From assembly GCA_047284725.1 (NCBI GenBank), contig JBJBEO010000001.1, forward strand, positions 576,001 through 640,000: a DNA stretch of 64,000 bases, in the 5' to 3' direction. Both the position numbers and the translations under genes were made by a program. Source of the DNA: Synechococcus sp. (GTDB lineage Bacteria > Cyanobacteriota > Cyanobacteriia > PCC-6307 > Cyanobiaceae). The number at the start of each line of letters is the position of its first letter. Position 1 is the stretch's first letter. The notes beneath the pieces are model-generated. The model made no database searches. It was not told the origin of the DNA and was given only the letters and a program-made list of their open reading frames with translations. Below are positions 40,203 through 51,885 of this stretch, in pieces.

Positions 40203-41537
40203 TTGGCGACCCACGACATCTTCATGCCTGCCCTCAGCTCCACCATGACGGAGGGGAAGATCGTCGAATGGCTCAAGCAGCCTGGAGACAAGGTGGGGCG
40301 AGGCGAGTCGGTGCTTGTGGTCGAGTCCGACAAAGCCGACATGGATGTTGAGTCGTTCAATGAGGGCTACCTGGCTGCCGTGCTGATGCCAGCTGGCAGC
40401 ACCGCTCCGGTGGGTGAAACCATCGGCCTGATCGTGGAGACCGAGGCGGAAATCGCTGACGCCCAAGCCAAGGCCGGTTCCGGTGGTGGAGGCGCTGCCG
40501 CCGCCGCTCCAGCTACCCCTGCGCCATCAGCGCCTGCGCCTGCGGTCAGTCCAGCAGCGGCGCCTGCTGCACCAGCCCCCGTTGCCCCCCCTGCTCCGGT
40601 TGCGGCTCCTCCCGCTCCGGTGGTGAGCCATGGCCGTGTCGTCGCAAGTCCCCGAGCCAAGAAACTCGCCTCCCAGATGGGCGTCAATCTGGCCAGCGTG
40701 CGGGGCAGTGGACCCAACGGCCGCATTCAGGCAGAGGACGTTGAACGGGCCGCTGGTCGCCCCGTCAGCGTGCCGCGTGTGGGTGAAGGCACTGCAGCTG
40801 CTGTGGTGGCCGGCGCAGCAGCTGCAGCACCCAGTGCTCCTGCCGGCAACAGCTTTGGCGCTCCAGGCGACACCGTTGCCTTCAACACGCTGCAGGCGGC
40901 GGTGAACCGCAACATGGAGGCCAGCCTTGCGGTGCCCTGCTTCCGCGTCGGGTACACCATCACCACCGACAAGCTCGATGCTTTTTACAAGCAGGTGAAG
41001 CCCAAGGGCGTCACCATGACGGCTCTGCTGGCCAAGGCCGTGGCGGTGACTCTGGCCCGCCATCCTCAGGTGAATGCCGCCACCACCCCCGCAGGCATGG
41101 CTTACCCCGCTGATGTGAATGTGGCGGTGGCGGTGGCGATGGAAGACGGAGGTTTGATTACGCCGGTGCTTCGACAAGCGGATCGTACCGATCTCTATGC
41201 AATGTCACGCCAGTGGGCCGATCTGGTGAAGCGTTCGCGCAGCAAGCAGTTGCAGCCTGAGGAATACAGCACCGGCACCTTCACCCTGTCCAACCTGGGC
41301 ATGTTCGGGGTGGATCGCTTTGATGCCATCCTTCCCCCTGGCACCGGTGCGATTCTGGCGGTGGCTGCGTCTCGGCCCACCGTGGTGGCTGGCAAAGACG
41401 GTTCCATCTCTGTGAAGCGTCAGATGCAGGTGAATCTCACCGCCGATCACCGGGTGGTGTATGGCGCTGATGGTGCAGCCTTCTTGAAGGATCTCGCTGA
41501 GCTGATTGAGACCCGCCCCGAAACCCTGGCGATCTGA
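40203..41537 (+). CDS. pdhC: Pyruvate dehydrogenase E2 (dihydrolipoamide acetyltransferase)
   Basis: Lipoyl domain ESDKADM, E3-binding [19 protein letters not shown]. Confidence 0.95.
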   Translation: MATHDIFMPALSSTMTEGKIVEWLKQPGDKVGRGESVLVVESDKADMDVESFNEGYLAAVLMPAGSTAPVGETIGLIVETEAEIADAQAKAGSGGGGAAAAAPATPAPSAPAPAVSPAAAPAAPAPVAPPAPVAAPPAPVVSHGRVVASPRAKKLASQMGVNLASVRGSGPNGRIQAEDVERAAGRPVSVPRVGEGTAAAVVAGAAAAAPSAPAGNSFGAPGDTVAFNTLQAAVNRNMEASLAVPCFRVGYTITTDKLDAFYKQVKPKGVTMTALLAKAVAVTLARHPQVNAATTPAGMAYPADVNVAVAVAMEDGGLITPVLRQADRTDLYAMSRQWADLVKRSRSKQLQPEEYSTGTFTLSNLGMFGVDRFDAILPPGTGAILAVAASRPTVVAGKDGSISVKRQMQVNLTADHRVVYGADGAAFLKDLAELIETRPETLAI

Positions 41538-41629
41538 TTCACACAACACCGGTGCCATGGCGTGATCGCCTGGTGCCCCCTGGTGTTTGGCGATTCGGCA
41601 GCATGGGAGCAATCACACATCCGGCGTCT

Positions 41630-42745
41630 GTGCCCGACCCCAGGGATCGTCAGCTTTGTTCGTACGACTATGTGCTTCCCGAAGAGCGCATCGCCCAGGT
41701 GCCCGTGGAGCCCCGCCATGCAGCACGTCTGCTGATGGTGCCACCTGTGGAGGCTGCCGTTGAGCAGGCACGGCACCAGCAGGTGTGGGACTGGCAGCAG
41801 GAGCTGCAACCCGGCGATCTGTTGGTGGTGAATGACACCCGGGTGCTGAAGGCTCGCCTGCGGGTTCGCCGTTCAGGAGGTGGCTTGGCGGAAATGCTCG
41901 TGCTGGAGCCCCGGGGAGATGGGAAATGGCTTTGTCTTGGCCGTCCTGCCAAAAAGATGCGTCCCGGGGATCAACTCTGGCTTGAAAGCCTGGAACAGGA
42001 GCCCTTGGAGTTGCAGGTGTTGGCCAGTGATGAGGCCACCGGCGGGCGACTGATCCAGTTTCCGCCTGGATGTGATGACGCGGTGGCGATTGAAGGCCTG
42101 TTGGAGCGCTACGGCGAGGTGCCTTTGCCTCCCTACATCGATCGTCACGATGCCGACGATCAGACCCGCTATCAGACCCGTTACGCCGCGCGTCCCGGTG
42201 CGGTGGCAGCTCCCACCGCAGGCCTGCATCTCAGTGATGCGTTACTGACGGGTCTGCATCAACGAGGCGTGGAGATTGCTCGGGTCACCCTGCATGTGGG
42301 CCTGGGCACGTTCCGGCCCGTGGAAACCGAAGATCTCACAGCCCTCACCCTCCACAGTGAATGGGTGGAGGTGAAGCCGGACGTGGTGGATGCCGTGGCG
42401 GCCTGTCGCAGCCGTGGTGGACGGGTGATTGCTGTGGGCACCACCAGTGTGCGGGCACTGGAGGGAGCGGCTCAGGCTGGCGGTGGTCAGTTACAGCCCC
42501 TCAAGGGGCCGGTGGATCTGGTGATTCAACCCGGCTACTGCTTTGCCGTTGTGCAGGGCCTGCTCACCAATTTTCACCTCCCCAAAAGCTCTCTGCTGTT
42601 GCTGGTGAGTGCGTTGATCGGTCGAGAGAAGCTGCTCGCGCTGTACGCGGCGGCGATTGCGCAGGAGTATCGCTTCTACTCCTACGGCGATGCGATGTGG
42701 ATCGCACCTGAGGCGGTGTTGGAGGCAGCACGGCCACCGATCTGA
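41630..42745 (+). CDS. queA: S-adenosylmethionine:tRNA ribosyltransferase-isomerase
   Basis: [46 protein letters not shown]. Confidence 0.96.
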   Translation: MPDPRDRQLCSYDYVLPEERIAQVPVEPRHAARLLMVPPVEAAVEQARHQQVWDWQQELQPGDLLVVNDTRVLKARLRVRRSGGGLAEMLVLEPRGDGKWLCLGRPAKKMRPGDQLWLESLEQEPLELQVLASDEATGGRLIQFPPGCDDAVAIEGLLERYGEVPLPPYIDRHDADDQTRYQTRYAARPGAVAAPTAGLHLSDALLTGLHQRGVEIARVTLHVGLGTFRPVETEDLTALTLHSEWVEVKPDVVDAVAACRSRGGRVIAVGTTSVRALEGAAQAGGGQLQPLKGPVDLVIQPGYCFAVVQGLLTNFHLPKSSLLLLVSALIGREKLLALYAAAIAQEYRFYSYGDAMWIAPEAVLEAARPPI

Positions 42746-42769
42746 TCCCACAGCTGGTGGCCAGGCAAC

Positions 42770-42796
42770 AAAAAACCCCGCGGCGTGCCACGGGGT
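42770..42796 (-). terminator. Rho-independent terminator of cysK
   Basis: Minus strand ACCCCGTGGC-AC-GCCGCGGGGT followed by a T-run. Confidence 0.8.
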
Positions 42797-42844
42797 GCGT
42801 GAACGACCGAGAGTCATCTCCTCAGGCCGATGGATTCAGGGGGA

Positions 42845-43831
42845 TCAGGCCGCCACGGGTTGCTCAATGATGCCGGTGGGCACGTCGGCAAACATCACTG
42901 AGGAGAGATAGCGCTCGGCCAGGTCGGGGAGCACCACCACGATGGTTTTCCCGGCATAGGCATCCTGATGCGCAAGGCGGATGGCGGCAGCCGCAGCAGC
43001 ACCACAGGAGATGCCCACCAGCAGACCTTCCTCCTTGGCGAGGCGCAGAGCCATCTCAACGGATTCGTCGTTGGTGACCTGCTCCACCTTGTCGACCACG
43101 GAAAGGTCGAGGTTCTTGGGGATGAAACCGGCGCCGATGCCCTGGATCTTGTGAGGTCCAGGCTTGACCTCTTCCCCATTCATGGTCTGGGTGATCACGG
43201 GGCTGTGGCTGGGTTCCACGGCAACGGACTCAATCGCTTTGCCGGCCTCGTTTTTGATGTAGCGCGACACGCCGGTGATGGTGCCCCCGGTGCCGACCCC
43301 GGCGACCAGCACATCAATGGCGCCGTCGCAATCGTTCCAGATCTCAGGGCCAGTGGTTTTTTCGTGAATCTCAGGGTTGGCGGGATTCTCGAACTGGCCA
43401 GGCATGAAGTACTTGGAGGGATCGCTTTCAGCGATTTCCTTGGCTTTGGCGATGGCGCCAGGCATGCCCTTGGCCGCTTCTGTGAGAATGATTTCCGCTC
43501 CCAGCACGGCCATCACGCGGCGACGCTCGATCGACATCGACTCGGGCATCGTGAGGATCAGCTTGTAGCCGCGGGCTGCAGCGGTGTAAGCGAGAGCGAT
43601 GCCGGTGTTGCCGGAGGTGGGCTCGACGATGGTTTTGTCAGCGCTGAGGGCGCCGCGCTTCTCGGCGTCCCAGATCATGTTGGCGCCGATGCGGCACTTC
43701 ACGCTGTAAGCAGGGTTGCGACCTTCGATCTTGGCCAGCACGGTGGCCTTGCAACCTTTGGTGACGTTGTTCAGACGCACCAGGGGGGTGTTGCCGATGG
43801 CTTGGCTGTTATCGGCGTAAACGCGAGACAT
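42845..43831 (-). CDS. cysK: Cysteine synthase A
   Basis: [38 protein letters not shown]. Confidence 0.96.
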   Translation of the reverse strand: MSRVYADNSQAIGNTPLVRLNNVTKGCKATVLAKIEGRNPAYSVKCRIGANMIWDAEKRGALSADKTIVEPTSGNTGIALAYTAAARGYKLILTMPESMSIERRRVMAVLGAEIILTEAAKGMPGAIAKAKEIAESDPSKYFMPGQFENPANPEIHEKTTGPEIWNDCDGAIDVLVAGVGTGGTITGVSRYIKNEAGKAIESVAVEPSHSPVITQTMNGEEVKPGPHKIQGIGAGFIPKNLDLSVVDKVEQVTNDESVEMALRLAKEEGLLVGISCGAAAAAAIRLAHQDAYAGKTIVVVLPDLAERYLSSVMFADVPTGIIEQPVAA

Positions 43832-44021
43832 GGGAGAGATGAAGCAGGTTGCCCAAGTTGGGCAACATAGATACAGCACTGGGGAGATGCCGCGCTCTTT
43901 AAGGGCATTTTCAGACTTTGACAAGCCCGTTGCTTTGCCCCTCTGAGCGCGCAGTCGAGTCACTCTGCTGGTGCTGTCAGCGTGCTCAGAGGGGCAAAGC
44001 AACGGGCTTCGTTGTTCGGTC

Positions 44022-45494
44022 CTAAACCGCCAAGGCCCGTTCAAATCGCTGCCAAAGCTGTTGTGGGTCCTCCATGCCAACCGATACGCGCAACAGATGG
44101 GCGGACACGCCGCAGGATGCGGCCCACGCGAGTTCGTCGTAGTGAGCCAGCAAGACGTAGGGGCAGCAGAGGCTGAAATGGGTGCCGAGGCTGGGACCCT
44201 TGCACACCTCCAGGGCGTCGTAGACCCGTTCAGCCTCCGCCAGGCCGCCCTTCAGTTCGAACGACAGCAGGCATCCGTTGCCTCCTCCAGGTCTGAGCAG
44301 GGCCTGAAAGCTTTCACATTGCGTGGGATGCATGACCCGCTGGATCGCTGGGTGACGCTGCAGGCGTTCGGCCAAGGCGCTGCAGTTGTCGTTCAGCTGC
44401 GGAATGCGTTGGAGCACATCGCGACTGCATTCTTCCAGAACCAGGGCATCGGCATCCCCCAACGCAGCAGGGGCATTGGTGAGGGCAGAGCGAAAGCGTT
44501 CATGCCAGCGGGAGAAAGGACTCACCACCAGAGCCCCGGCCAGTACATCGCCACGACCGGCGAAGCTTTTGGTGAGGGAGCTGAACACCAGATCGGCGTA
44601 GGGCAAGGCGTCGATATTCACGCCCGATCCGATCGTGTCGTCGGCGATCACTACCACGCCCCGATCGTGGGCCAAGGCGGAGAGCTGGATCAGATCCACG
44701 CACTGCAGCATGGGGTTGCTCGGCAGCTCCACCACCACCGCCGCTGGTTGCAGTTCGTCGAGCTTGGCGGCGATGGCTGTGGCGGAGGCATCGGTGAGCA
44801 GTTCGGCCCCTGCAAACACCACCTGCGGCAGCTTCAGCACATCCACATAGGGGAAGCCCACCTGGAGTGTGGGTCTCCCGGGTGCGAGAGCATCCACCAG
44901 GAGCAGGGCGCTGTGGAGGGCCGCCATGCCTGAGGGGTGCAGGCTGATGCGGTCACGACCGCAGTTGTAGATGCCGTTGAGACGAGCGCGAACCAGGGCC
45001 CGTGCCTGCTCTCCGCTCTCCGGAGACGGAGCGGTGGCACGGCTGAGGGCGATCGCGGCCTGACGCGAACTCACGCCTAAACCAGCGTGTTGCCAAAAGG
45101 CTTTCGCTGCTCCGCTGGCTGCTGCATCGGTGAGCAGAATCCGCAGTTGATCCTTGGACAGGATCCGAGCCTCTGCGTCGGGTGCGGCCCGCTGGCAATG
45201 GGCCAGAGCCGCTTGTGCAGCAGCGTCCGTTGGGTAAGGCCAGGCCTGGAATCCAGCCGGGCATCCAGCCGTTTCCAACACACTGCCGACCAGGTCTGCC
45301 ACCAGCGGATGGAAGCCAAAACGTGGATACACAGCCCGTAAGCGACTGCGACAGCTTGGGTCTTTTTCTTCGTAGGCCACCACATCGCGCCAGCGGGGCA
45401 GGGCAACCGACACAGCATGGAGGCTGTCCGGCAGCGGATGGCCCAGATCTTTGCCCTGCCAACAGGGGTCGGTGAGCAGATCGCGCTGGATCAC
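44022..45494 (-). CDS. Cys/Met metabolism PLP enzyme (cystathionine gamma-synthase-like)
   Basis: [38 protein letters not shown]. Confidence 0.85.
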   Translation of the reverse strand: MIQRDLLTDPCWQGKDLGHPLPDSLHAVSVALPRWRDVVAYEEKDPSCRSRLRAVYPRFGFHPLVADLVGSVLETAGCPAGFQAWPYPTDAAAQAALAHCQRAAPDAEARILSKDQLRILLTDAAASGAAKAFWQHAGLGVSSRQAAIALSRATAPSPESGEQARALVRARLNGIYNCGRDRISLHPSGMAALHSALLLVDALAPGRPTLQVGFPYVDVLKLPQVVFAGAELLTDASATAIAAKLDELQPAAVVVELPSNPMLQCVDLIQLSALAHDRGVVVIADDTIGSGVNIDALPYADLVFSSLTKSFAGRGDVLAGALVVSPFSRWHERFRSALTNAPAALGDADALVLEECSRDVLQRIPQLNDNCSALAERLQRHPAIQRVMHPTQCESFQALLRPGGGNGCLLSFELKGGLAEAERVYDALEVCKGPSLGTHFSLCCPYVLLAHYDELAWAASCGVSAHLLRVSVGMEDPQQLWQRFERALAV

Positions 45495-46660
45495 AGCAGC
45501 TGAATCAGCGCCTGATCGAGGTCTGCGATCAGATCGTCCGGGTCTTCACAGCCGAGCGACAGACGCACGAGTCCATCGCTGATGCCCAGCTTTTCTTTCA
45601 CCTCAGGGGCGACGGCCGCATGGGTCATGGTGGCGGGATGGCAGATCAGGCTTTCAACGCCCCCCAGACTTTCGGCCATCGTGAACCAGTGCAGGGCCTT
45701 GCAAACGGCATAGGCCTGATCGCGGTTCGCGTTGAGGCCGATGGTCACAATCGCGCCACCACCCTGCATCTGGCGTTGGGCCACGTCCTGCTGGGGATGG
45801 TCGGCGCGGAGGGGGTACCGCACCCAGGCAACGGCGGGATGGCAGGCGAGATGATCAGCCACGGCTGCGGCATTGGCCATCTGTTGCCTTAGCCGCAGGG
45901 GCAGCGTTTTGATGCCTCGGGTGATCAGCCAGCAGTCAAAGGGGGAGGGCATCAGGCCCAGTGCCTTCTGGGCGAACACCATCGCTTGGTGCCAGTCCGG
46001 ATCGTCTGTGCAGACGGCGCCGCCAAGGGCATCGGAGTGCCCGTTGATGTATTTGGTGGTGCTGGTCAGCGACAGGGTGGCTCCCAGTTCCAGTGGCCGT
46101 TGCACCAGGGCTGTGGCGAAGGTGTTGTCGACCACGACGGGGACGCCGGCAGCACGGGCTGCAGCCCCCACGGCGGCAAGATCGATCACCTTGAGCAGGG
46201 GATTCGTGGGACTTTCCAGCCACACCATGGCCGGCTTGCGGCTGGCCATGCTGGCCAGGGCGGTTGCATCGGTGAAATCCACCCATTCAGTGCGCACACC
46301 GAACTTGGCGAATACCTGCTCGAACAGGCGCACGGTGCAGCCATAGAGATTCTCTTCGCACAGCACCAAATCACCCTGCTTCAGGGTGGAGGCAATGGCT
46401 GTGATCGCACTGACACCGGAGCCGAACACCGTGGCGTGGGCGCAGTGTTCCACGGATGCCAGCACTCCTTCAAGGATGCGGAAGTTGGGGTTGCCTGAAC
46501 GGGTGTAATCAAAGCCCTCAGGGTTGCCGTGGGCAAAGGTGGAGGTGGCGTAGATCGGCGGCATCACCGTGCCTGTTTCCGCTGCGAAGCTGTTGCCGTG
46601 GTGAATCGCCCGGGTGGAGACCGCTGGGGATGGCTTGGGATGGGAAGAGTCGGTCGCCAC
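45491..46660 (-). CDS. Cys/Met metabolism PLP enzyme (cystathionine beta/gamma-lyase family)
   Basis: YTRSGNP, WLESPTNP, VDNTFAT, STTKYINGHSD, AESLGGVESL. Confidence 0.9.
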   Translation of the reverse strand: MATDSSHPKPSPAVSTRAIHHGNSFAAETGTVMPPIYATSTFAHGNPEGFDYTRSGNPNFRILEGVLASVEHCAHATVFGSGVSAITAIASTLKQGDLVLCEENLYGCTVRLFEQVFAKFGVRTEWVDFTDATALASMASRKPAMVWLESPTNPLLKVIDLAAVGAAARAAGVPVVVDNTFATALVQRPLELGATLSLTSTTKYINGHSDALGGAVCTDDPDWHQAMVFAQKALGLMPSPFDCWLITRGIKTLPLRLRQQMANAAAVADHLACHPAVAWVRYPLRADHPQQDVAQRQMQGGGAIVTIGLNANRDQAYAVCKALHWFTMAESLGGVESLICHPATMTHAAVAPEVKEKLGISDGLVRLSLGCEDPDDLIADLDQALIQLL

Positions 46661-46749
46661 GGATCAGTCGAGAGGGAGCGCCTGCAGCGCCGATCGAACC
46701 ATGCAGGCTAGGCAATGGCCTGAAAGCAGGATCCTGACGCCTGTCCATG

Positions 46750-46777
46750 AAAAAGCCCCCCGCGCTGGCGGGAGGCT
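46750..46777 (-). terminator. Rho-independent terminator of rpsD
   Basis: Minus strand AGCCTCCCGC-CAGC-GCGGGGGGCT followed by a T-run. Confidence 0.8.
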
Positions 46778-46797
46778 CCATTGCTGTTGATCTGGGA

Positions 46798-47406
46798 TCA
46801 GACCTTGCGGGAGTAGTACTCCACCACCAGCAGTTCGTTGATCTCAAGAGCAACCCACTCACGCTCGGAGCGGCCAATCACCTTGGCGCTGAGCTTGCTC
46901 TTGTCGAGCTCAAGGTGGGGCGGCACGTTGGCCAGACCGGGGAATTCCAGGTTGGCTTCGGCCAGCTTCTTGCTGCACTTGCGCTCGCGGATGGCGATCA
47001 CGTCGCCGGGCTTGCACTGGTAGCTGGCGATGTCGGTGACGCGGCCATTCACGGTCACGTGGCCATGGTTCACCAGCTGACGGGCGCCAGGCACGGTGGG
47101 GCCAAAGCCGAGGCGGAAACAAACATTGTCGAGACGGTTCTCGAGCAGTTTCAGCAGGTTGGTTCCAGTGGAACCTTCCTGGGCGCGCGCTTTCTTCACG
47201 TAACGCACGAGCTGACGCTCGGAAACGCCGTAGTTGAAGCGAAGCTTCTGCTTCTCTTCGAGGCGGATCGCGTATTCAGAGCGCTTGCGACGGGCTTGGC
47301 CGTGCTGACCGGGTGGATAGGACCGCTTTGCGGCCTTCCGGGTGAGACCGGGAAGGTCTCCCAAGCGCCGCGTGATCCTCAGGCGAGGGCCGCGGTAACG
47401 AGACAT
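46798..47406 (-). CDS. rpsD: 30S ribosomal protein S4
   Basis: [43 protein letters not shown]. Confidence 0.98.
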   Translation of the reverse strand: MSRYRGPRLRITRRLGDLPGLTRKAAKRSYPPGQHGQARRKRSEYAIRLEEKQKLRFNYGVSERQLVRYVKKARAQEGSTGTNLLKLLENRLDNVCFRLGFGPTVPGARQLVNHGHVTVNGRVTDIASYQCKPGDVIAIRERKCSKKLAEANLEFPGLANVPPHLELDKSKLSAKVIGRSEREWVALEINELLVVEYYSRKV

Positions 47407-47475
47407 GGGATGGAAATCGGAGAACGATCGAGCATCTGAATCAGGCATGCTGGGCTGGTGGGCCGCGCTCCTGCT

Positions 47476-47745
47476 TTGACGCACGAATCAACAATCGTAT
47501 CTGGCGGACCTGCGGCAGCTCTGAACAAGCTGCTCGCGGCTGTGATGTTGGCGTTGATCGGGTTGTATCGCAGCTGGATCTCGCCGTTGCTCGGCCCACG
47601 CTGCCGCTTTGTTCCCACCTGCAGTGCCTATGGCCTGGAGGCGATCCAACGCCATGGCCCCTGGCGGGGAGGCTGGCTCACTTTGCGTCGTCTGTTGCGA
47701 TGCCATCCCTTCACTCCCTGTGGCTGTGATCCCGTTCCCGACTGA
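47476..47745 (+). CDS. yidD: Membrane protein insertion efficiency factor
   Basis: [18 protein letters not shown]...[14 protein letters not shown]. Confidence 0.92.
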   Translation: MTHESTIVSGGPAAALNKLLAAVMLALIGLYRSWISPLLGPRCRFVPTCSAYGLEAIQRHGPWRGGWLTLRRLLRCHPFTPCGCDPVPD

Positions 47746-48034
47746 CGGCCAAACGCTGATCCTTTACAGCCGCCGGGGTTGCTGTTTGTGTGAGGGATTG
47801 GAGCAGCGCCTTCGCAGCCTGCCTCTGGCCTCACTCCACCCTCCGTTGCAGCTCCAGGTGATCGATATCGATGCCGTCGGGGTGGATCCGTCCCTGCGAG
47901 CTCGTTATGACCTGGAAGTCCCCGTGTTGTCGCTGGGCTCGATTCCCCTTCCCAGAGTGTCTCCCAGGCTTCAGGGAGACAGTTTGTACAGCTGGTTACA
48001 ACGGGCCTGTACCAGTGCGCTTGGATCGGACTAG
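47726..48034 (+). CDS. Glutaredoxin-like protein (DUF836 type)
   Basis: [23 protein letters not shown]. Confidence 0.8.
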   Translation: MIPFPTDGQTLILYSRRGCCLCEGLEQRLRSLPLASLHPPLQLQVIDIDAVGVDPSLRARYDLEVPVLSLGSIPLPRVSPRLQGDSLYSWLQRACTSALGSD

Positions 48035-48061
48035 AACTGCACCACCGATGGTGCTTGGCTG

Positions 48062-49597
48062 ATGGCTCAGACACTCCATGCACTGCTCCACGCGGTTGAT
48101 CTGCCCGTGGTGGAAAGCCTCCCCAATCCTGCGATTGCAGCCCTCACCTGTGATTCCCGCTGCGTCGGTCCAGGGTCACTGTTTCTGGGCCTTCCCGGGG
48201 AACGCGTCGATGGAGGCAGTTTCTGGCGTCAGACCTTGAAAGATGGCGCAGCGGCGGCTGTGATCGGATCGGCCGCTGCAGCGGCCGATCCCCCCGGTCC
48301 CAACGATGCTGTGGTGGTGGTTCCAGATCCGGTGGCCCACTGGCTCGGTGCGTTGGCTGCTGCGTTCTGGCAACACCCTTCGCGGCGCATGACCTTGGTG
48401 GGTGTCACGGGCACCAACGGCAAAACCACCGTGACGCATCTGATCGAACATCTGTGTGAGCAGACCGGGCGGCCTTCCGCGCTGTTCGGCACCCTGGTGA
48501 ACCGCTGGCCAGGCCGCACGGTCACCTCCACCCACACCACGGCCTTTGCGGATCACCTGCAAGCGCAGTTGGCTGAAGCGGTGGCAGCCGGTACGCAGGT
48601 GGCGGCCATGGAAGTGAGTTCTCACGCCCTGGATCAGGGGCGTGTTGCCGGCTGTCAGTTTTCGGCCGCGGTGTTCACCAATCTCACCCAAGACCATCTC
48701 GACTATCACCCGTCGATGGAGGCCTACTTCGAGGCCAAAGCACGGCTCTTCCGTGATCCTCTTCTCCTGAGCAACGGCCCCTGTGCCGTGGTCAATGTCG
48801 ATGACCCCTGGGGGCAGCGTCTGGCGGATCAGTTGGGTGAACGCTGCTGGCGTTGTTCGCTGCAACCGGACCGGACGGACGGGGAGGTGGAGCTCACCAT
48901 GACAGACCTGCTCATGACTGCCTCCGGCGTGAGAGGCCAGATCGTGACTCCCGTTGGATCGGCTCCTTTTCAGTCTCCCCTGGTGGGTGACTTCAACCTG
49001 ATGAACCTGCTTGAGGCGGTGGGGGTGCTGGTGCAGTTGGGGATGCCGCTGCCCTTGTTGCTGGACGCTGCAGCCTGTTTCAAGGGCGTGCCAGGACGGA
49101 TGGAGCGGGTGATGCTGCCCACGGCGCCGTCTCAGGCTGCGTTGCCCTCGGTGCTGGTGGATTATGCCCATACCCCCGATGGCCTGCGCAATGCCCTCGC
49201 CGCATGCCGCCCTTTTGTGGATGGTTCCCTGGTGTGTGTGTTCGGTTGCGGTGGGGACCGTGATCGTGGCAAACGGCCTCAGATGGCTGCGGTGGCAGCT
49301 GAGTTGGCCGACCGGGTTGTGGTCACCTCGGATAATCCCCGCACAGAGGATCCCCAGCAGATCCTTGACGATGTGGTAGCGGGTCTGTCTCCTGATGCCT
49401 CCAAGGTGGTGGAGGCTGACCGCGCTCAAGCCATTGCCCTGGCGATTCGTGATGCTCAGCCAGACGACCTGGTCTTGATCGCTGGGAAAGGTCATGAGGA
49501 TTATCAGATCCTTGGCACCAGCAAAATTCACTTTGACGACCGAGAACAGGCTGAGCTGGCACTGCGCCAATCTCTGCGCGTCAATCAGCTGGGGTAG
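48062..49597 (+). CDS. murE: UDP-N-acetylmuramoyl-L-alanyl-D-glutamate--2,6-diaminopimelate ligase
   Basis: [45 protein letters not shown]. Confidence 0.96.
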   Translation: MAQTLHALLHAVDLPVVESLPNPAIAALTCDSRCVGPGSLFLGLPGERVDGGSFWRQTLKDGAAAAVIGSAAAAADPPGPNDAVVVVPDPVAHWLGALAAAFWQHPSRRMTLVGVTGTNGKTTVTHLIEHLCEQTGRPSALFGTLVNRWPGRTVTSTHTTAFADHLQAQLAEAVAAGTQVAAMEVSSHALDQGRVAGCQFSAAVFTNLTQDHLDYHPSMEAYFEAKARLFRDPLLLSNGPCAVVNVDDPWGQRLADQLGERCWRCSLQPDRTDGEVELTMTDLLMTASGVRGQIVTPVGSAPFQSPLVGDFNLMNLLEAVGVLVQLGMPLPLLLDAAACFKGVPGRMERVMLPTAPSQAALPSVLVDYAHTPDGLRNALAACRPFVDGSLVCVFGCGGDRDRGKRPQMAAVAAELADRVVVTSDNPRTEDPQQILDDVVAGLSPDASKVVEADRAQAIALAIRDAQPDDLVLIAGKGHEDYQILGTSKIHFDDREQAELALRQSLRVNQLG

Positions 49598-50691
49598 TAG
49601 TAAAACGCTGCTCCAAAGATTGAGAATGTTCCCAGCAACAAGACCCCCTCCAGCCAGTTTGATTTGGCATCCATGCCGACCAGGTTCACAATGAGCACGC
49701 TGAACAACAGTGCCAGGATTTCGAAGCCCTCGAAATCAAGATTCATGGGCTGATCAAGGAATGTCGCTGTGATCACAAGGGCAGGAGCGATCAGCAAAGC
49801 GACCAACAGGCTGGATCCCATCGCCAACGAGATCGGAAGATCCATTTCATTGTTCAACGCTCCTTTCACAGCGGGTACATATTCAGAAAATCCGCCGATG
49901 ATTGGAATGATGATCACGCCTGTGAACAGTGCGCTGAATCCCATCTGATCGGTTGCTGGCTCAAGAAAATGGATAAAGGCCTCAGATTGGAAAGCAAGAC
50001 ATGCGGTGCTCAAGATGAGCTGCAGGATCCAGGGGGCAACGGCGGTTGGAGGGTTGTCGTCGTCTTCATCAACGTGTTGAGATGATGGGGGGTCGAAAAG
50101 ATGGCTGTGTGTGGCCAGTGAAAAAAGAAGCGTTAAAAAGTAGATGGCAATGAGGATGATTGCCACAGTCACGGATAAGCCATGAATGGCGTGCACGTCG
50201 TCAATCCCTGATGTGCTAATCAAGGAGGCGGGAAGGGCTAATGCAATCACCGCGAGGGTCATCGTGGCTCCATGGGTGCGCACCATGGTGGGCTGAAAAT
50301 TTTGCTCGCTAAATCGCAGGCCTCCTACAAGCATGGCCAGGCCTGTAATCAGTAGCAGGTCGGAGAGAATCGCTCCTGTAATACTGGCTTTCACGACATC
50401 GATAAGGCCTGCACGTAGGGCCGCCAGTGCGATCACGAATTCGGCACAGTTGCCAAATGTAGCGGTGCAAATGGCTCCAATCGTTGGACCACTCAGCCTC
50501 GCAATCTCTTCTGTCGCGTCACTCAACAGCAGGGCGATTGGAATAATGCCAAGACCCGCCAGAATGAAGCCAGCCTCAGTGTTCCAGTGTGCATTGACGG
50601 CCAGTTGTGTCAGGGCAAGCATGGTGATGGCGGGGATCATTTTCCACCGTCCGTGCCTGAAGAAGGCCAGAGAATGCGTTAAGGCTCCCAT
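49585..50691 (-). CDS. Ca2+/H+ exchanger (CAX/ChaA family)
   Basis: [32 protein letters not shown], acidic loop DEDDD, AMGSS, SNWLEG; about 11 TM helices. Confidence 0.9.
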   Translation of the reverse strand: MGALTHSLAFFRHGRWKMIPAITMLALTQLAVNAHWNTEAGFILAGLGIIPIALLLSDATEEIARLSGPTIGAICTATFGNCAEFVIALAALRAGLIDVVKASITGAILSDLLLITGLAMLVGGLRFSEQNFQPTMVRTHGATMTLAVIALALPASLISTSGIDDVHAIHGLSVTVAIILIAIYFLTLLFSLATHSHLFDPPSSQHVDEDDDNPPTAVAPWILQLILSTACLAFQSEAFIHFLEPATDQMGFSALFTGVIIIPIIGGFSEYVPAVKGALNNEMDLPISLAMGSSLLVALLIAPALVITATFLDQPMNLDFEGFEILALLFSVLIVNLVGMDAKSNWLEGVLLLGTFSIFGAAFYYYPS

Positions 50692-51803
50692 CGCTGTGCT
50701 CCAAAAAATGTCAATTCGACATAGTCGCTGGCTTGGTTGTCGGAGTCAGTGAGATCAAACGTCATGCCATCGGCATTGAGTACTTTGATCGTTTTCAGGG
50801 CCTTCAACAATGTCTCTCGCGTGGGGTTTGGGCCTGCGCGCTCAAGGGCCTCAGTCATCAACTTGGCTGCAATGAACCCCTCGAGACTGGTAAAGCTGAA
50901 GCTTGCGTCTGTATTGGTGGATCGCATTAATTGCTGGTATTCAGCAACAACTGGGATCCAACGGTCCCATGGAAAGGGAACGACCTGGCTGACGCCGATG
51001 CCATTGGCCTGCCCTGCAGGTAGCGAGTCTTCGAGAGCCCTGCTGCCTACGAAGGATACATTCATGATCTGAATATCAAGATTATTCCTGAGAATTGTCT
51101 TGCTTAAAGCCGCTGAGCTGACGTACGCAGAAACGATAATTAAGCCATTGGGTCTGACCTCGTCGATGATACTGAATGCCTTGGCGATGTTGTCAGAGTT
51201 CCTTTGCACAGTGGCAATGCCGGCCGGTGTGAGGTTATGCTTTTTTAAAGCTTTTTTGGCCGCCGAGAGTCCGTCTTGTCCGAAGGCATCATCTTGATAA
51301 ACAATGGCAATTTTTTGTCGCGCGTCACGGACCAGGCTGTCAACGATCTTGTCAATTTCCATGCTGTAACTTGCGCGGAAATTGAACACCATCTTCAAGT
51401 CGGAATCCCTGAGCAGGCTTGCTCCACTCAGGGGGGCAATCAATGGGATCCGCTCGCTCTCAACGATGGGCAGAATGACTTTGGTTGTTGGTGTCCCGAC
51501 ATACCCAAACAAAGCGAGTAGGTCAGTGTTCTGAAGGAATGTCTTGGTGTTCTGGATGGTTCGTTGGGGTTCGTATTGGTCATCCAGGCTGGTGAGCCTG
51601 ATACGGCGCTGATGAATCCCCCCGCGACGATTCACTTCGTTGAACCAGGCAAGAGCGCCTGCTTGGTATTCGCGTCCTAACTGTCCTGACGGACCCGTTA
51701 ACGGAAGTGACTGACCGATGACGACCTGGTTGTCTGATGTTGGTGAATAGGCGCGTCTGCTTTTTTCTGCCGTTGCTTGCGTTGTCGCTAACATTAAACC
51801 CAT
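50679..51803 (-). CDS. Periplasmic ligand-binding protein, type I/LivJ-like (Venus flytrap) fold
   Basis: IGQSLPLTG, NEVNRRGGIHQRRIRL..LDDQYEP, GYVGTP, FRASY, YQDDAFG, EGFIAA. True start at or slightly upstream of 51803. Confidence 0.88.
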   Translation of the reverse strand: MGLMLATTQATAEKSRRAYSPTSDNQVVIGQSLPLTGPSGQLGREYQAGALAWFNEVNRRGGIHQRRIRLTSLDDQYEPQRTIQNTKTFLQNTDLLALFGYVGTPTTKVILPIVESERIPLIAPLSGASLLRDSDLKMVFNFRASYSMEIDKIVDSLVRDARQKIAIVYQDDAFGQDGLSAAKKALKKHNLTPAGIATVQRNSDNIAKAFSIIDEVRPNGLIIVSAYVSSAALSKTILRNNLDIQIMNVSFVGSRALEDSLPAGQANGIGVSQVVPFPWDRWIPVVAEYQQLMRSTNTDASFSFTSLEGFIAAKLMTEALERAGPNPTRETLLKALKTIKVLNADGMTFDLTDSDNQASDYVELTFFGAQRWEP

Positions 51804-51885
51804 CACAAGCAGCGCTTGGATGACGTTTAGCCGTGTGACTGTCTCTTGATTTGATGATGAACACTGCCTTCCCTTTGGGCCGGAA

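Noticed and set aside
40480..40625. Repetitive GC-rich stretch
   Set aside because: It encodes the normal Ala/Pro linker of PDH E2.
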